A DNA stretch of 24,000 nucleotides from Bacillus mesophilus. GTDB lineage: Bacteria; Bacillota; Bacilli; Bacillales; SA4. The stretch's first letter is position 1, and every line of letters begins with the position of its first letter. The translations under genes and the position numbers were made by a program. The DNA is taken from contig NZ_JAAIWM010000006.1 in NCBI RefSeq assembly GCF_011008845.1, forward strand, positions 88,832-112,831. Direction: 5' to 3'. Positions 1-7,034 of this stretch are shown one piece after another. Under the pieces are notes generated by a model. It worked only from the letters and a program-made list of their open reading frames with translations. It was not told the origin of the DNA and did not search any database.

Positions 1-986
1 GCAGGGTACTCGTTATTTCCTTCTGCAAAAGAACCTTGTGCTTTAGCACTTGTCATAAATTCAATAAACTTAACTGCGTTTTCAGTGTTTTTAGCGTGCT
101 TTAGTAGACCAATTCCACTTACGTTTACGTGAGTTCCATTTGTATCTTGGTTAGGGAAGAACACACCAACCTGTTCAGCAACCTTTACATCTTCAGGATC
201 TGTAGAGTTGATTAATCTTCCTACATAGTACGTATTTGAAATGGCTACATCACCTTCACCTGCAACAACTGCCTTAATTTGGTCAGTATCGCCACCTTTA
301 GGCTCTCTTGCCATGTTTGCTACAATTCCAGTAGCCCATTCCTTTGCCTTTTCCTCTCCATTTAACTCAAGGAAAGAAGCTAGTAAAGATTGGTTATAAA
401 TGTTTTCAGAAGAACGGATTAAAACTTTTCCTTGCCACTTTGCATCTGTTAAAGCTTCATAGGTTGATAGGTCACTAGGATTCACACGGTCTTTCGAATA
501 AACGATCACACGAGCGCGCTGTGTTAAAGCTACCCATTGATTATCAGCATCACGAAGCTTAGCTGGGATGTTACTATTTACAGTTTCGCTTACAATTGGT
601 TGGAATAAATCTTGTTCTTTAGCTCTATGTAGGTTCCCTGCATCAACTGTGATAAATACATCACCTTGAGTAGCTTCACCCTCACGTGTAAGACGTTCCA
701 TTAATTCATCGCCTTCACCTTTGATTACATTTACTTTAATACCTGTTTCTTCAGTAAAAGCCGCATAAATGGCATCATCAGTATCATAATGACGAGCCGT
801 ATAAAGGTTTAATTCACCTGGATCTTCCTTCGTTTCTTCAGTAGCAGCAGTAGTTTCTTCAGTCTTAGTTTCTACCTTTTCTTCTGCTGGTGTTGCTGTC
901 TCTTCAGTGCTTGAGCAACCTGCCAGTAAACTAAATACTAACAATAGTGCAAACACAGAACTCCATAAAAATGATGACTTCTTCAT
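1..986 (-). CDS. Iron(III)-type ABC transporter substrate-binding lipoprotein (FbpA/AfuA-like); the C-terminus runs off the window start
   Basis: Absent from the ORF track because it is open at the window edge. My reverse-strand translation from the ATG (complement of 984-986) gives MKKSSFLWSSVFALLLVFSLLAGCSSTEE... This has a signal peptide with a LAGC lipobox and a Thr/Glu-rich linker. It continues ...LNLYTARHYDTDDAIYAAFTEETGIKVNVIKGEGDELMERLTREGEATQGDVFITVDAGNLHRAKE..., which is typical of ferric-iron periplasmic binding proteins. An AAGGGGTG RBS lies upstream and two Fur boxes sit in its promoter. Confidence 0.8.
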   Translation of the reverse strand, partial: MKKSSFLWSSVFALLLVFSLLAGCSSTEETATPAEEKVETKTEETTAATEETKEDPGELNLYTARHYDTDDAIYAAFTEETGIKVNVIKGEGDELMERLTREGEATQGDVFITVDAGNLHRAKEQDLFQPIVSETVNSNIPAKLRDADNQWVALTQRARVIVYSKDRVNPSDLSTYEALTDAKWQGKVLIRSSENIYNQSLLASFLELNGEEKAKEWATGIVANMAREPKGGDTDQIKAVVAGEGDVAISNTYYVGRLINSTDPEDVKVAEQVGVFFPNQDTNGTHVNVSGIGLLKHAKNTENAVKFIEFMTSAKAQGSFAEGNNEYP

Positions 987-1013
987 TGGTACACCCCTTA
1001 ATCCTTTTTGTAT

Positions 1014-1028
1014 TGATAACAATTATCA
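1014..1028. promoter_or_regulatory. Fur box 1 (TGATAACAATTATCA)
   Basis: Matches the Bacillus 7-1-7 Fur consensus TGATAAT-N-ATTATCA at 13 of 14 specified positions. It lies between the predicted -10 and the start codon of the iron-binding lipoprotein gene. Confidence 0.7.
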
Positions 1029-1042
1029 CTATCACTTTTATC

Positions 1043-1072
1043 ACTATAAATGAGAATGATTATCTGTGTCAA
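1043..1072 (-). promoter_or_regulatory. SigA-type promoter of the iron-binding lipoprotein gene
   Basis: On the minus strand, TTGACA (complement of 1067-1072) is followed by an 18-nt spacer and TATAGT (complement of 1043-1048). Fur box 2 fills the spacer. Confidence 0.5.
1051..1065. promoter_or_regulatory. Fur box 2 (TGAGAATGATTATCT)
   Basis: Matches the 7-1-7 Fur consensus at 12 of 14 positions. It overlaps the -35/-10 spacer of the predicted promoter. Confidence 0.5.
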
Positions 1073-1190
1073 TAGATTATAATAAAAATTTGTTAGGTTT
1101 TTTATAAATAAAAAAGTATTACCAAAAAAGTAAATTTTTGTAGGTATTTAGTAATGTTGTGTAATTGATTATATCTACTCATTTTTAAAT

Positions 1191-1217
1191 GGGACAAAGG
1201 GACAGGTACAGTGTCCC
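1191..1217 (+). repeat. REP-like palindromic element, copy 1 (GGGACA-aa-GGGACA-ggtacag-TGTCCC)
   Basis: The same 27-bp architecture recurs at 3205-3231 and 6951-6977, both in the opposite orientation. Copies 1 and 2 also share the flank TAAAT. All three copies are intergenic. Confidence 0.8.
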
Positions 1218-1304
1218 AATTTTAATCCTTAAAGACCCATATATTATAAGTCAATAAAACATGTTAACCCAAAATTCGGATATCCTATCCCTAGGAGGTG
1301 TTCT

Positions 1305-2510
1305 ATGAGATTTTGGGTTCTTTTTTTGTTCATGATCATTTTTAGTCCGCTAACGTCAGTGTCAGCTGAAGCACCAATAAAGGCTGTATTTATTCGAGAT
1401 CAACAGCTTTGGTTGGTGGAAGGAGAACAAGAAAGTCAGCTCACAAAGGGTAGGAATGTTAGCTCGCCTAAATGGTCATATGATGGACGATTTATAGCCT
1501 ATTTAGACCGTGATGATCAGACCTACTTGTTTGTGTATGATACGAAAGAGAAAATGAGCTACCAGCCTTATGAAACAATCCAAACTAGGGATTTTCAATG
1601 GTCTCCTGTTTCTAACCAACTTGCTTACAATGCTGGTGGGGTGTTAAACGTAACAAGGACAAAAAATAGTCGTCCTGAAGGATTTCAAAATGTTTCCCTA
1701 GGCACAGGTGATTTTGTGTGGCTTCCAGATGGAAAGGGTTTTATTATTTCCTCTCAGGCGAGCTTGAGACCTACTGGATGGGGACCGATTCACTTATATA
1801 AAGTTCCCATTGATGCCAACCTTGATGGGAGTAAGGTGAAGCCATTTTACACGATCGAAACCAATGAGACTGATTTATTTGCGATAAACGCTGCATATTT
1901 TAAGTGGAGCCCAGATTACAATTGGTTGAGCTTTATTGCTATTCCAACTGCTTCTTGGTCTGCAGATAGCAATACGTTATGTGTGTTATCTAAAGAAGCA
2001 GCAAAGTTTCAAGCAGTCGGTAAAATGCTTAACAATGCAGACTGGTTTAAATGGTCACCATCTGAAACGAAATTAGCATATATCTCAGGTGAAGGAAGAT
2101 TTTATGTGGAGGATAAGAAAGCAACAATTGCTGACATCCCAATTTCACATCAACAAAGGGAATATACCCCCAATGGATTTGTTGACCTTGGCATAGATTG
2201 GTTTTCCAAAGATGAAATCATCGTTGCTCGCGCAAAAGAAAATAAGCAGTGGGATGAAGGGCCAGTGCCGATTATGTATACAAGCTTATATGCTATTGAT
2301 TTGAAAACGAATAAACAGACTCAGATTACTTTTCCGAAAAAAGGTGAAATGGATAGGAGTCCTCAGGTAATTGGCTCAAACATAACTTGGTATCGTAACA
2401 CAACTAACCAAGATATTGGAGATGTATGGATTCAGCATGGATTAATGGGTAAATCAAAGATTTGGCTTGAAAATGTAGCGGGAGACCCGGTGTTTTTTCA
2501 TAAGAAATAA
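1305..2510 (+). CDS. Secreted beta-propeller protein with TolB/PD40-like repeats
   Basis: A GGAGGTG RBS lies 5 nt before the ATG. The N-terminal signal peptide is MRFWVLFLFMIIFSPLTSVSA/EAP. The W-S-P-D/Y signature recurs five times (PKWSYDGRFIAYL, FQWSPVSNQLAY, FVWLPDGKGFII, FKWSPDYNWLSFI, FKWSPSETKLAYI), as in TolB-type PD40 blades. Confidence 0.75.
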   Translation: MRFWVLFLFMIIFSPLTSVSAEAPIKAVFIRDQQLWLVEGEQESQLTKGRNVSSPKWSYDGRFIAYLDRDDQTYLFVYDTKEKMSYQPYETIQTRDFQWSPVSNQLAYNAGGVLNVTRTKNSRPEGFQNVSLGTGDFVWLPDGKGFIISSQASLRPTGWGPIHLYKVPIDANLDGSKVKPFYTIETNETDLFAINAAYFKWSPDYNWLSFIAIPTASWSADSNTLCVLSKEAAKFQAVGKMLNNADWFKWSPSETKLAYISGEGRFYVEDKKATIADIPISHQQREYTPNGFVDLGIDWFSKDEIIVARAKENKQWDEGPVPIMYTSLYAIDLKTNKQTQITFPKKGEMDRSPQVIGSNITWYRNTTNQDIGDVWIQHGLMGKSKIWLENVAGDPVFFHKK

Positions 2511-2513
2511 ATA

Positions 2514-2538
2514 GGGACGTGCTACGTCTTCGTTTTTT
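2514..2538 (+). terminator. Weak rho-independent terminator after the beta-propeller gene
   Basis: A GACGT-gct-ACGTC stem, extendable by two G:U pairs, is followed by TTCGTTTTTT. The stem is short. Confidence 0.45.
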
Positions 2539-2747
2539 ACAAAAAAACTTAGCTTACATTGAATGTGATTTAAAGTTTGGTAATTTCTAATAATTAAAGA
2601 AATTCAAAATAAAGAAAAACTATTTACCCTCAAAAGTAGTAGTTATTGGAAGTTTAGGATATACTAGTTAGAAGGGGATAAACCCTGGGTCTTCTGGTGC
2701 TCATTCTCATTGGCAGAAGGCGAGACCACAATGGAAGGGGACCGAAC

Positions 2748-3119
2748 ATGACAACAAGTATGGTATATCAGGCTCAAGCAGGAGATGGATTTAAAGAAAA
2801 ATCCGTAAAAAGAACAAATTCGTTTTTTAACACACTCGAGGAAGCTGTGTCAGAAGCTTTAGCTTTAAAGGAAAAAATGGACACTACCTATAAGAATAAA
2901 ATCGAGTGGGATTACAAAATGAAAATCACGAGTTCACAGAATAAGATGAAAATCTTAAAAGGTTATCTTGCCGGTGACAAAAAGTCAAAAGCATTTTACC
3001 TGCAGATCAAATTAGTTGAACTTCAAGAAGAATTTGGTGTAGTAGCACCCAAAAAACCAAAAAAGATTTCAGTAAAAGATAAAAAAGTAATGACGAACGT
3101 TACGAAGGTTTCTATATAA
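2748..3119 (+). CDS. Hypothetical Lys-rich 123-aa protein with no recognisable family
   Basis: I start the track ORF 2697..3119 at the internal ATG 2748 because GGAAGGGGA lies 6 nt upstream, whereas the GTG at 2697 has no RBS. The protein is MTTSMVYQAQAGDGFKEKSVKR...KKPKKISVKDKK... It has no signal peptide and no TM segment. Confidence 0.55.
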   Translation: MTTSMVYQAQAGDGFKEKSVKRTNSFFNTLEEAVSEALALKEKMDTTYKNKIEWDYKMKITSSQNKMKILKGYLAGDKKSKAFYLQIKLVELQEEFGVVAPKKPKKISVKDKKVMTNVTKVSI

Positions 3120-3204
3120 TTTTTACATAAAAAAGTGAAAACAGCCTATGTTTTTGCTTTTTTTATGGGAATTTTTCGGTAAAAAAGTAACATTATTCCC
3201 TTTA

Positions 3205-3231
3205 GGGACAAGGTTCCTGTCCCCCTGTCCC
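3205..3231 (-). repeat. REP-like palindromic element, copy 2 (reverse orientation)
   Basis: The plus strand reads GGGACA-aggttcc-TGTCCC-cc-TGTCCC. Its reverse complement, TAAATGGGACAggGGGACAggaacctTGTCCC, aligns with copy 1. Confidence 0.8.
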
Positions 3232-3263
3232 ATTTAACTGGGCTAAATTGTTACATACTATAT

Positions 3264-3292
3264 TTGCTTATCTGAGGTATATCTGTTATTCT
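3264..3292 (+). promoter_or_regulatory. Candidate promoter of the cold-shock gene
   Basis: TTGCTT-17 nt-TATTCT. This would give a leader of about 120 nt, in line with the long 5' UTRs usual for csp genes. Weak hexamers. Confidence 0.3.
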
Positions 3293-3418
3293 AAAGAAGA
3301 ATTATTTTTGTTCGGTGTGGTAGGGATGAATAAAGTATTTAAACTTTTCGCCTTTGATAACTAATTGAGCAATTATAGTAATAAATGTGGACTAAGATCC
3401 ACCCAGGAGGAAACAAGC

Positions 3419-3619
3419 ATGCAACAAGGTACAGTAAAATGGTTTAACGCAGAAAAAGGTTTCGGATTTATCGAAGTTGAAGGTGGAGAAGACGTATTCG
3501 TACATTTCTCAGCTATCCAAGGCGAAGGATTTAAATCTTTAGACGAAGGGCAAAAAGTTTCATTTGACACAGAAAAAGGTCAACGTGGACTTCAAGCTAC
3601 TAACGTTAACAAATTATAA
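3419..3619 (+). CDS. Cold-shock protein, CspA family (closest by eye to Bacillus CspB/CspD)
   Basis: [49 protein letters not shown]... carries RNP-1 (KGFGFI) and RNP-2 (VFVHF). An AGGAGGA RBS precedes the ATG at 3419. The 18-codon extension in the track (3365) has no RBS. Confidence 0.95.
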   Translation: MQQGTVKWFNAEKGFGFIEVEGGEDVFVHFSAIQGEGFKSLDEGQKVSFDTEKGQRGLQATNVNKL

Positions 3620-3627
3620 TTTGTTAG

Positions 3628-3657
3628 AAAAAGGACTCACTTTGTGAGTCCTTTTTT
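3628..3657 (+). terminator. Rho-independent terminator of the csp gene
   Basis: AAAAAGGACTCAC-ttt-GTGAGTCCTTTTTT: a GC-containing 8-bp core stem followed by a T run. Confidence 0.85.
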
Positions 3658-3670
3658 CTTTTGGTTTTAA

Positions 3671-3703
3671 AAAAGGTAATTATGCTAGTCATAATTACCT
3701 TTT
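3671..3703. other. Perfect 14-bp AT-rich inverted repeat (AAAAGGTAATTATG-ctagt-CATAATTACCTTTT)
   Basis: Read directly from the sequence. It lies between the csp terminator and the methyltransferase gene. It could be a second terminator or an operator. Confidence 0.5.
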
Positions 3704-3744
3704 GTTGTATCTTAAAGGCTATAATAGGTATGGAGGTTTTATAA

Positions 3745-4713
3745 ATGAATAAAGATAATTCACAGAAATATATATACACATATGCATCACGAAGGGAAGA
3801 GGTTTCCCTATGTGCGATGGAGTTACGTGCATTTTTTGGAAAAGAAGCCAAGATTGACTCTCATATAGTGGAAAGTACGATTAAAATAGATCCAAGTCGA
3901 AGCCCTTTTATTAGGGAGCGAATTGATGTGTGGTATGAAGGAGATTCATTGGAGAGTCTTCGTGAGCAGGTGAAGAACGTCCCCTTTTCCGAATCCACTT
4001 TCAAGGTAATGTATATTAAAGATGAGAAAATTTCAGATTCTGAAAAAACAGGTCTTGTTGAACGTCGCAGGATCGAGCGAGAAATTGGAATGTGTATACA
4101 AGGTGAACCAGACTTGGAGAAGCCAGAGAATATTTATGGAGTGATAGTGGTAGAAGGTCGCTGGATCTTTGGTAACTATCATAAAAGTGAGCAGGTATGG
4201 TTACATCATCAACAAAAGCCAAATGACTATTCGACCGCACTGAATACACGTGTAGCAAGAGCTGTAGCCAATATTGCAGTTCCTGATCCAGTTGGAGTAA
4301 AAGTGATTGATCCTTGTTGCGGTATAGGGACAGTAGTGGTCGAAGCATTGTCGATGGGAATTGATATTGTAGGAAGTGATGTTAATCCGCTAGTTCTACC
4401 AGGAGCGAGGGAAAACATAGCTCATTTTGGCCTAGCGTGTAACATTGCAAAAAGGGACATCAGAGAAGTAACGGAGCAATACGATGTGGTAATCATAGAT
4501 ATGCCGTATAATTTATGTTCAGTTATTAGTAAGGAAGAGCAGCTAGAAATGCTGCAAAGTGCAAACCGAATCGCAGATAAACTGGTAGTCGTAACCATTG
4601 AAGATATTGATTCTTTAATAGCTGAGGCTGGCTTTCAGATAGAAGATCGTTGTGAGTTGAAAAAAGGAAAGCTAGTTAGACAGGTTATTGACTGCAGGAA
4701 GATTATAAAATAA
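3745..4713 (+). CDS. SAM-dependent methyltransferase, UPF0020/TRM11-like (N2-guanine / N6-adenine type)
   Basis: A GGAGG RBS lies 8 nt upstream. Motif I is VIDPCCGIGTVVVEA. Motif IV-like is VVIIDMPYN, a variant of (D/N)PPY. Confidence 0.75.
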   Translation: MNKDNSQKYIYTYASRREEVSLCAMELRAFFGKEAKIDSHIVESTIKIDPSRSPFIRERIDVWYEGDSLESLREQVKNVPFSESTFKVMYIKDEKISDSEKTGLVERRRIEREIGMCIQGEPDLEKPENIYGVIVVEGRWIFGNYHKSEQVWLHHQQKPNDYSTALNTRVARAVANIAVPDPVGVKVIDPCCGIGTVVVEALSMGIDIVGSDVNPLVLPGARENIAHFGLACNIAKRDIREVTEQYDVVIIDMPYNLCSVISKEEQLEMLQSANRIADKLVVVTIEDIDSLIAEAGFQIEDRCELKKGKLVRQVIDCRKIIK

Positions 4714-4759
4714 ATAATAAATCCCGAAGTGAATCCAATCCGTTAAAGGAGGTTATGAG

Positions 4760-5632
4760 ATGACTGTTGAATTAATAGTGGATAGCCAATCTGAGTTAGC
4801 AGAAGGACCAAGTTGGGATGAAAAGGACAATAAGTTATATTGGGTTGATATTGTGGGGAAGAAATTTTATCGGTATGATCCTCTAACGGGAATTAATACA
4901 GCAGTCCAAAGTGATCAACTAGTTGGAGCCATTGCGCCAAGAAATAACGGTGGTGTTATTTTAGCTCTTCAAAATGGTTTTTATTTTTATGATTATGAAC
5001 ATCAGCAATATGAAAAAATACATAACCCTGAAAGTCATATAGAACATAACAGGTTCAACGATGGAAAATGTGATCCTGCAGGTAGATTTTGGGCAGGAAC
5101 GATGGATGGTAAAGGTGCTAATGGTAAAGGTTCACTTTATGTACTTCATAAAGACCTAAAGGTAGAGAAGAAATTGGAGAATGTAACAATATCTAATGGA
5201 ATGGCATGGTCTCCTGACTACTCAAAGATGTATTATATTGATACGCCAACACAACAGGTTGTCAGTTTTGACTATAGTTTACAAACAGGCCATATTGATA
5301 ACCCTCAAGTTGTGATTACTTTTCCAGAAGGAGCAGGATCTCCTGATGGGATGACAATCGATCAGGACGGAATGCTCTGGATTGCTCATTGGAGTGGCTA
5401 TGGCATTTCAAGATATAATCCGACTAGCGGAAAACAAATTGAATTTATTTCAATTCCTTCAGCCAACGTGACGTCTTGTTCATTTGGAGGAGAGAACCTA
5501 GATCAACTGTATGTGACTACGGCAAGAATCGGTACTAGTCAAGAAGATCTGGAGAAGTACCCACATGCAGGTGGGCTATTTAGGTTGAAGATGAATATTA
5601 AGGGTAGTAAAACGTTTCAATTTAATGGGTGA
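4760..5632 (+). CDS. SMP-30/gluconolactonase/LRE-like six-bladed propeller protein
   Basis: An AAGGAGG RBS is present. LAEGPSWDEKDNKLYWVDI..., RFNDGKCDPAGRFWAGTM and SPDGMTIDQDGMLWIA are hallmark stretches of the regucalcin/gluconolactonase family. The 46-nt gap to the upstream gene suggests co-transcription. Confidence 0.85.
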   Translation: MTVELIVDSQSELAEGPSWDEKDNKLYWVDIVGKKFYRYDPLTGINTAVQSDQLVGAIAPRNNGGVILALQNGFYFYDYEHQQYEKIHNPESHIEHNRFNDGKCDPAGRFWAGTMDGKGANGKGSLYVLHKDLKVEKKLENVTISNGMAWSPDYSKMYYIDTPTQQVVSFDYSLQTGHIDNPQVVITFPEGAGSPDGMTIDQDGMLWIAHWSGYGISRYNPTSGKQIEFISIPSANVTSCSFGGENLDQLYVTTARIGTSQEDLEKYPHAGGLFRLKMNIKGSKTFQFNG

Positions 5633-5700
5633 GTTGAGAGAATAATAGATAATATAGTGATTTTTTTTATAAACCTAACCCTAGGAAATTAAGTAAGAGG

Positions 5701-5729
5701 AAAATGCTCAAGAATTTGAGCATTTTTTT
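5701..5729. terminator. Bidirectional terminator between convergent genes
   Basis: AAATGCTCAA-gaat-TTGAGCATTT is a 10-bp perfect stem, flanked by A4 upstream and T7 downstream. Confidence 0.7.
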
Positions 5730-5740
5730 CATTACAAAAT

Positions 5741-6229
5741 CTATAAAGTTTTTAAATCATAATGATCTAAAGCCTCATTTACAAAATCAAGATCATAGAT
5801 CTTCTTGTTTATACAAAACTGAACGACTAAATCCCCAGTATCACTGTCAGACAATGAATACCCACCAACAGCTAACCAATCTTCTGTCTCCTCCAGATTG
5901 AGTTCAAGAGCCAACGCTAATAAAATCATTGTATTTTTCCCAGGTCGATAACTTGGATTAGATCGGATTTTTGAAAAATGTCGACGATCAATTCCAGCTT
6001 TTTTATAGACTTCTGTATCACTTACTCCCCTTTGATCAATCAGCTTAAATAGAAGCTGACTAACGGTTTCCTTTCGTTTTGTGTTAATAAAATCATCTAT
6101 TTCACTGTGATAGACCTCTTCGTTAATACTATAATCCATAGACTTTGCTTCATTAAAACTAAACAGAGGGGCATTTATATGAAGGTGAATAAACTCCTCT
6201 AGTTCTGTAAGGATTCTTTGATCTAACAT
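5741..6229 (-). CDS. HTH (XRE-like) DNA-binding protein, 162 aa, divergent from the vWA gene
   Basis: I shorten the track ORF 5741..6694 to the ATG at 6229, which has a GGGAGG RBS 8 nt upstream. The longer version would run antisense through the vWA gene. The HTH-like segment is VSDTEVYKKAGIDRRHFSKIRSNPSYRPGKNTMILLALALELNLEETEDWL. Confidence 0.65.
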   Translation of the reverse strand: MLDQRILTELEEFIHLHINAPLFSFNEAKSMDYSINEEVYHSEIDDFINTKRKETVSQLLFKLIDQRGVSDTEVYKKAGIDRRHFSKIRSNPSYRPGKNTMILLALALELNLEETEDWLAVGGYSLSDSDTGDLVVQFCINKKIYDLDFVNEALDHYDLKTL

Positions 6230-6329
6230 GAAGTCTGCCTCCCTGTAAAATGTCGCTTTGCAGGCGACCATAAAATGGTTGTGGTTAGTTACTATTATAC
6301 TATCAACACAATTAGAGAGGATGACTAAA

Positions 6330-6947
6330 ATGAACAAAAACGTAACAGAGATTATTTTCCTACTTGATCGTAGCGGTTCCATGTCTGGACTTGAAAGTGA
6401 CACAATTGGAGGATTCAATTCCTTTATAGACAGACAATGTAAGTTAGAAGGAGAGACCTTTCTAACAACCGTGCTCTTTGATGATCGATACGAGGTGTTA
6501 TGGAATGGAGTTTCTGCAAAAAATAGGAGACTAACAGAAAAGGAGTATAGTGTAAGAGGCACCACTGCCCTTTTAGACGCAGTCGGTAAAACCATTTTAG
6601 AGGTAGGGCAAAGGCTAAAGAACACTAGTGAGGAATGTAGACCTGGAAAAGTGATTTTTGTTATCACGACAGATGGAATGGAGAATGCTAGCACTGAATT
6701 TACGTATAAGAAAATAAAAGAAATGATTCAGCATCAACAGCAGAAGTATAGCTGGGACTTTATATTCCTAGGTGCCAATATCGATGCCGCAGAAGAAGCC
6801 GAAAGTCTAGGAATCGAAAGAAGTGCAGCCTATAACTTCGAAGCCTCAACTGAAGGAGTAGAAAAAATGTATGAGATGATTTCCGAAACCGTCTCAGAGA
6901 AAAGAATCGGGACGAGGGTACCTTTTCCCACTGACGAAGCTTTCTAA
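6330..6947 (+). CDS. Cytosolic von Willebrand factor A (vWA) domain protein, TerY/YegL-like, 205 aa
   Basis: The MIDAS triad is complete: DRSGS in IIFLLDRSGSMSG, T in VRGTTALLDA, and D in VITTDGMEN. There is no signal peptide. I chose the start MNKN (6330), which lies 9 nt after GAGAGG. The ATG at 6321 abuts the RBS. Confidence 0.8.
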   Translation: MNKNVTEIIFLLDRSGSMSGLESDTIGGFNSFIDRQCKLEGETFLTTVLFDDRYEVLWNGVSAKNRRLTEKEYSVRGTTALLDAVGKTILEVGQRLKNTSEECRPGKVIFVITTDGMENASTEFTYKKIKEMIQHQQQKYSWDFIFLGANIDAAEEAESLGIERSAAYNFEASTEGVEKMYEMISETVSEKRIGTRVPFPTDEAF

Positions 6948-6950
6948 TCT

Positions 6951-6977
6951 GGGACAAGGTGCCTGTCCCTATGTCCC
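6951..6977 (-). repeat. REP-like palindromic element, copy 3 (reverse orientation)
   Basis: The plus strand reads GGGACA-aggtgcc-TGTCCC-ta-TGTCCC and begins 3 nt after the vWA stop codon. Its architecture is identical to copies 1 and 2. Confidence 0.8.
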
Positions 6978-7034
6978 TATGTTAAAATAAACCTATCAGT
7001 TTATTAGATAGAGGATTAGGTTAGGGGTAGAGGT

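Noticed and set aside
2697-2747. The GTG-initiated extension of the Lys-rich ORF. The same applies to the extensions 3365-3418 of csp and 11115-11132 of htpG.
   Set aside because: None of these upstream starts has a Shine-Dalgarno sequence. In each case a downstream ATG has a strong RBS and gives the family-typical N-terminus ([10 protein letters not shown] for csp, [11 protein letters not shown] for htpG).
3373-4418. Antisense or overlapping ORFs 3373..3570(-), 3624..3851(-), 4016..4348(-) and 4227..4418(-)
   Set aside because: They lie opposite or across confidently assigned genes and terminators, have no RBS, and give low-complexity translations with no recognisable motifs.
5741-6694. The 317-aa version of the minus-strand ORF in the track
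   Set aside because: Its first ~155 codons run antisense through the well-supported vWA gene and have no RBS. The internal ATG at 6229 has a GGGAGG RBS and yields a coherent 162-aa HTH protein.
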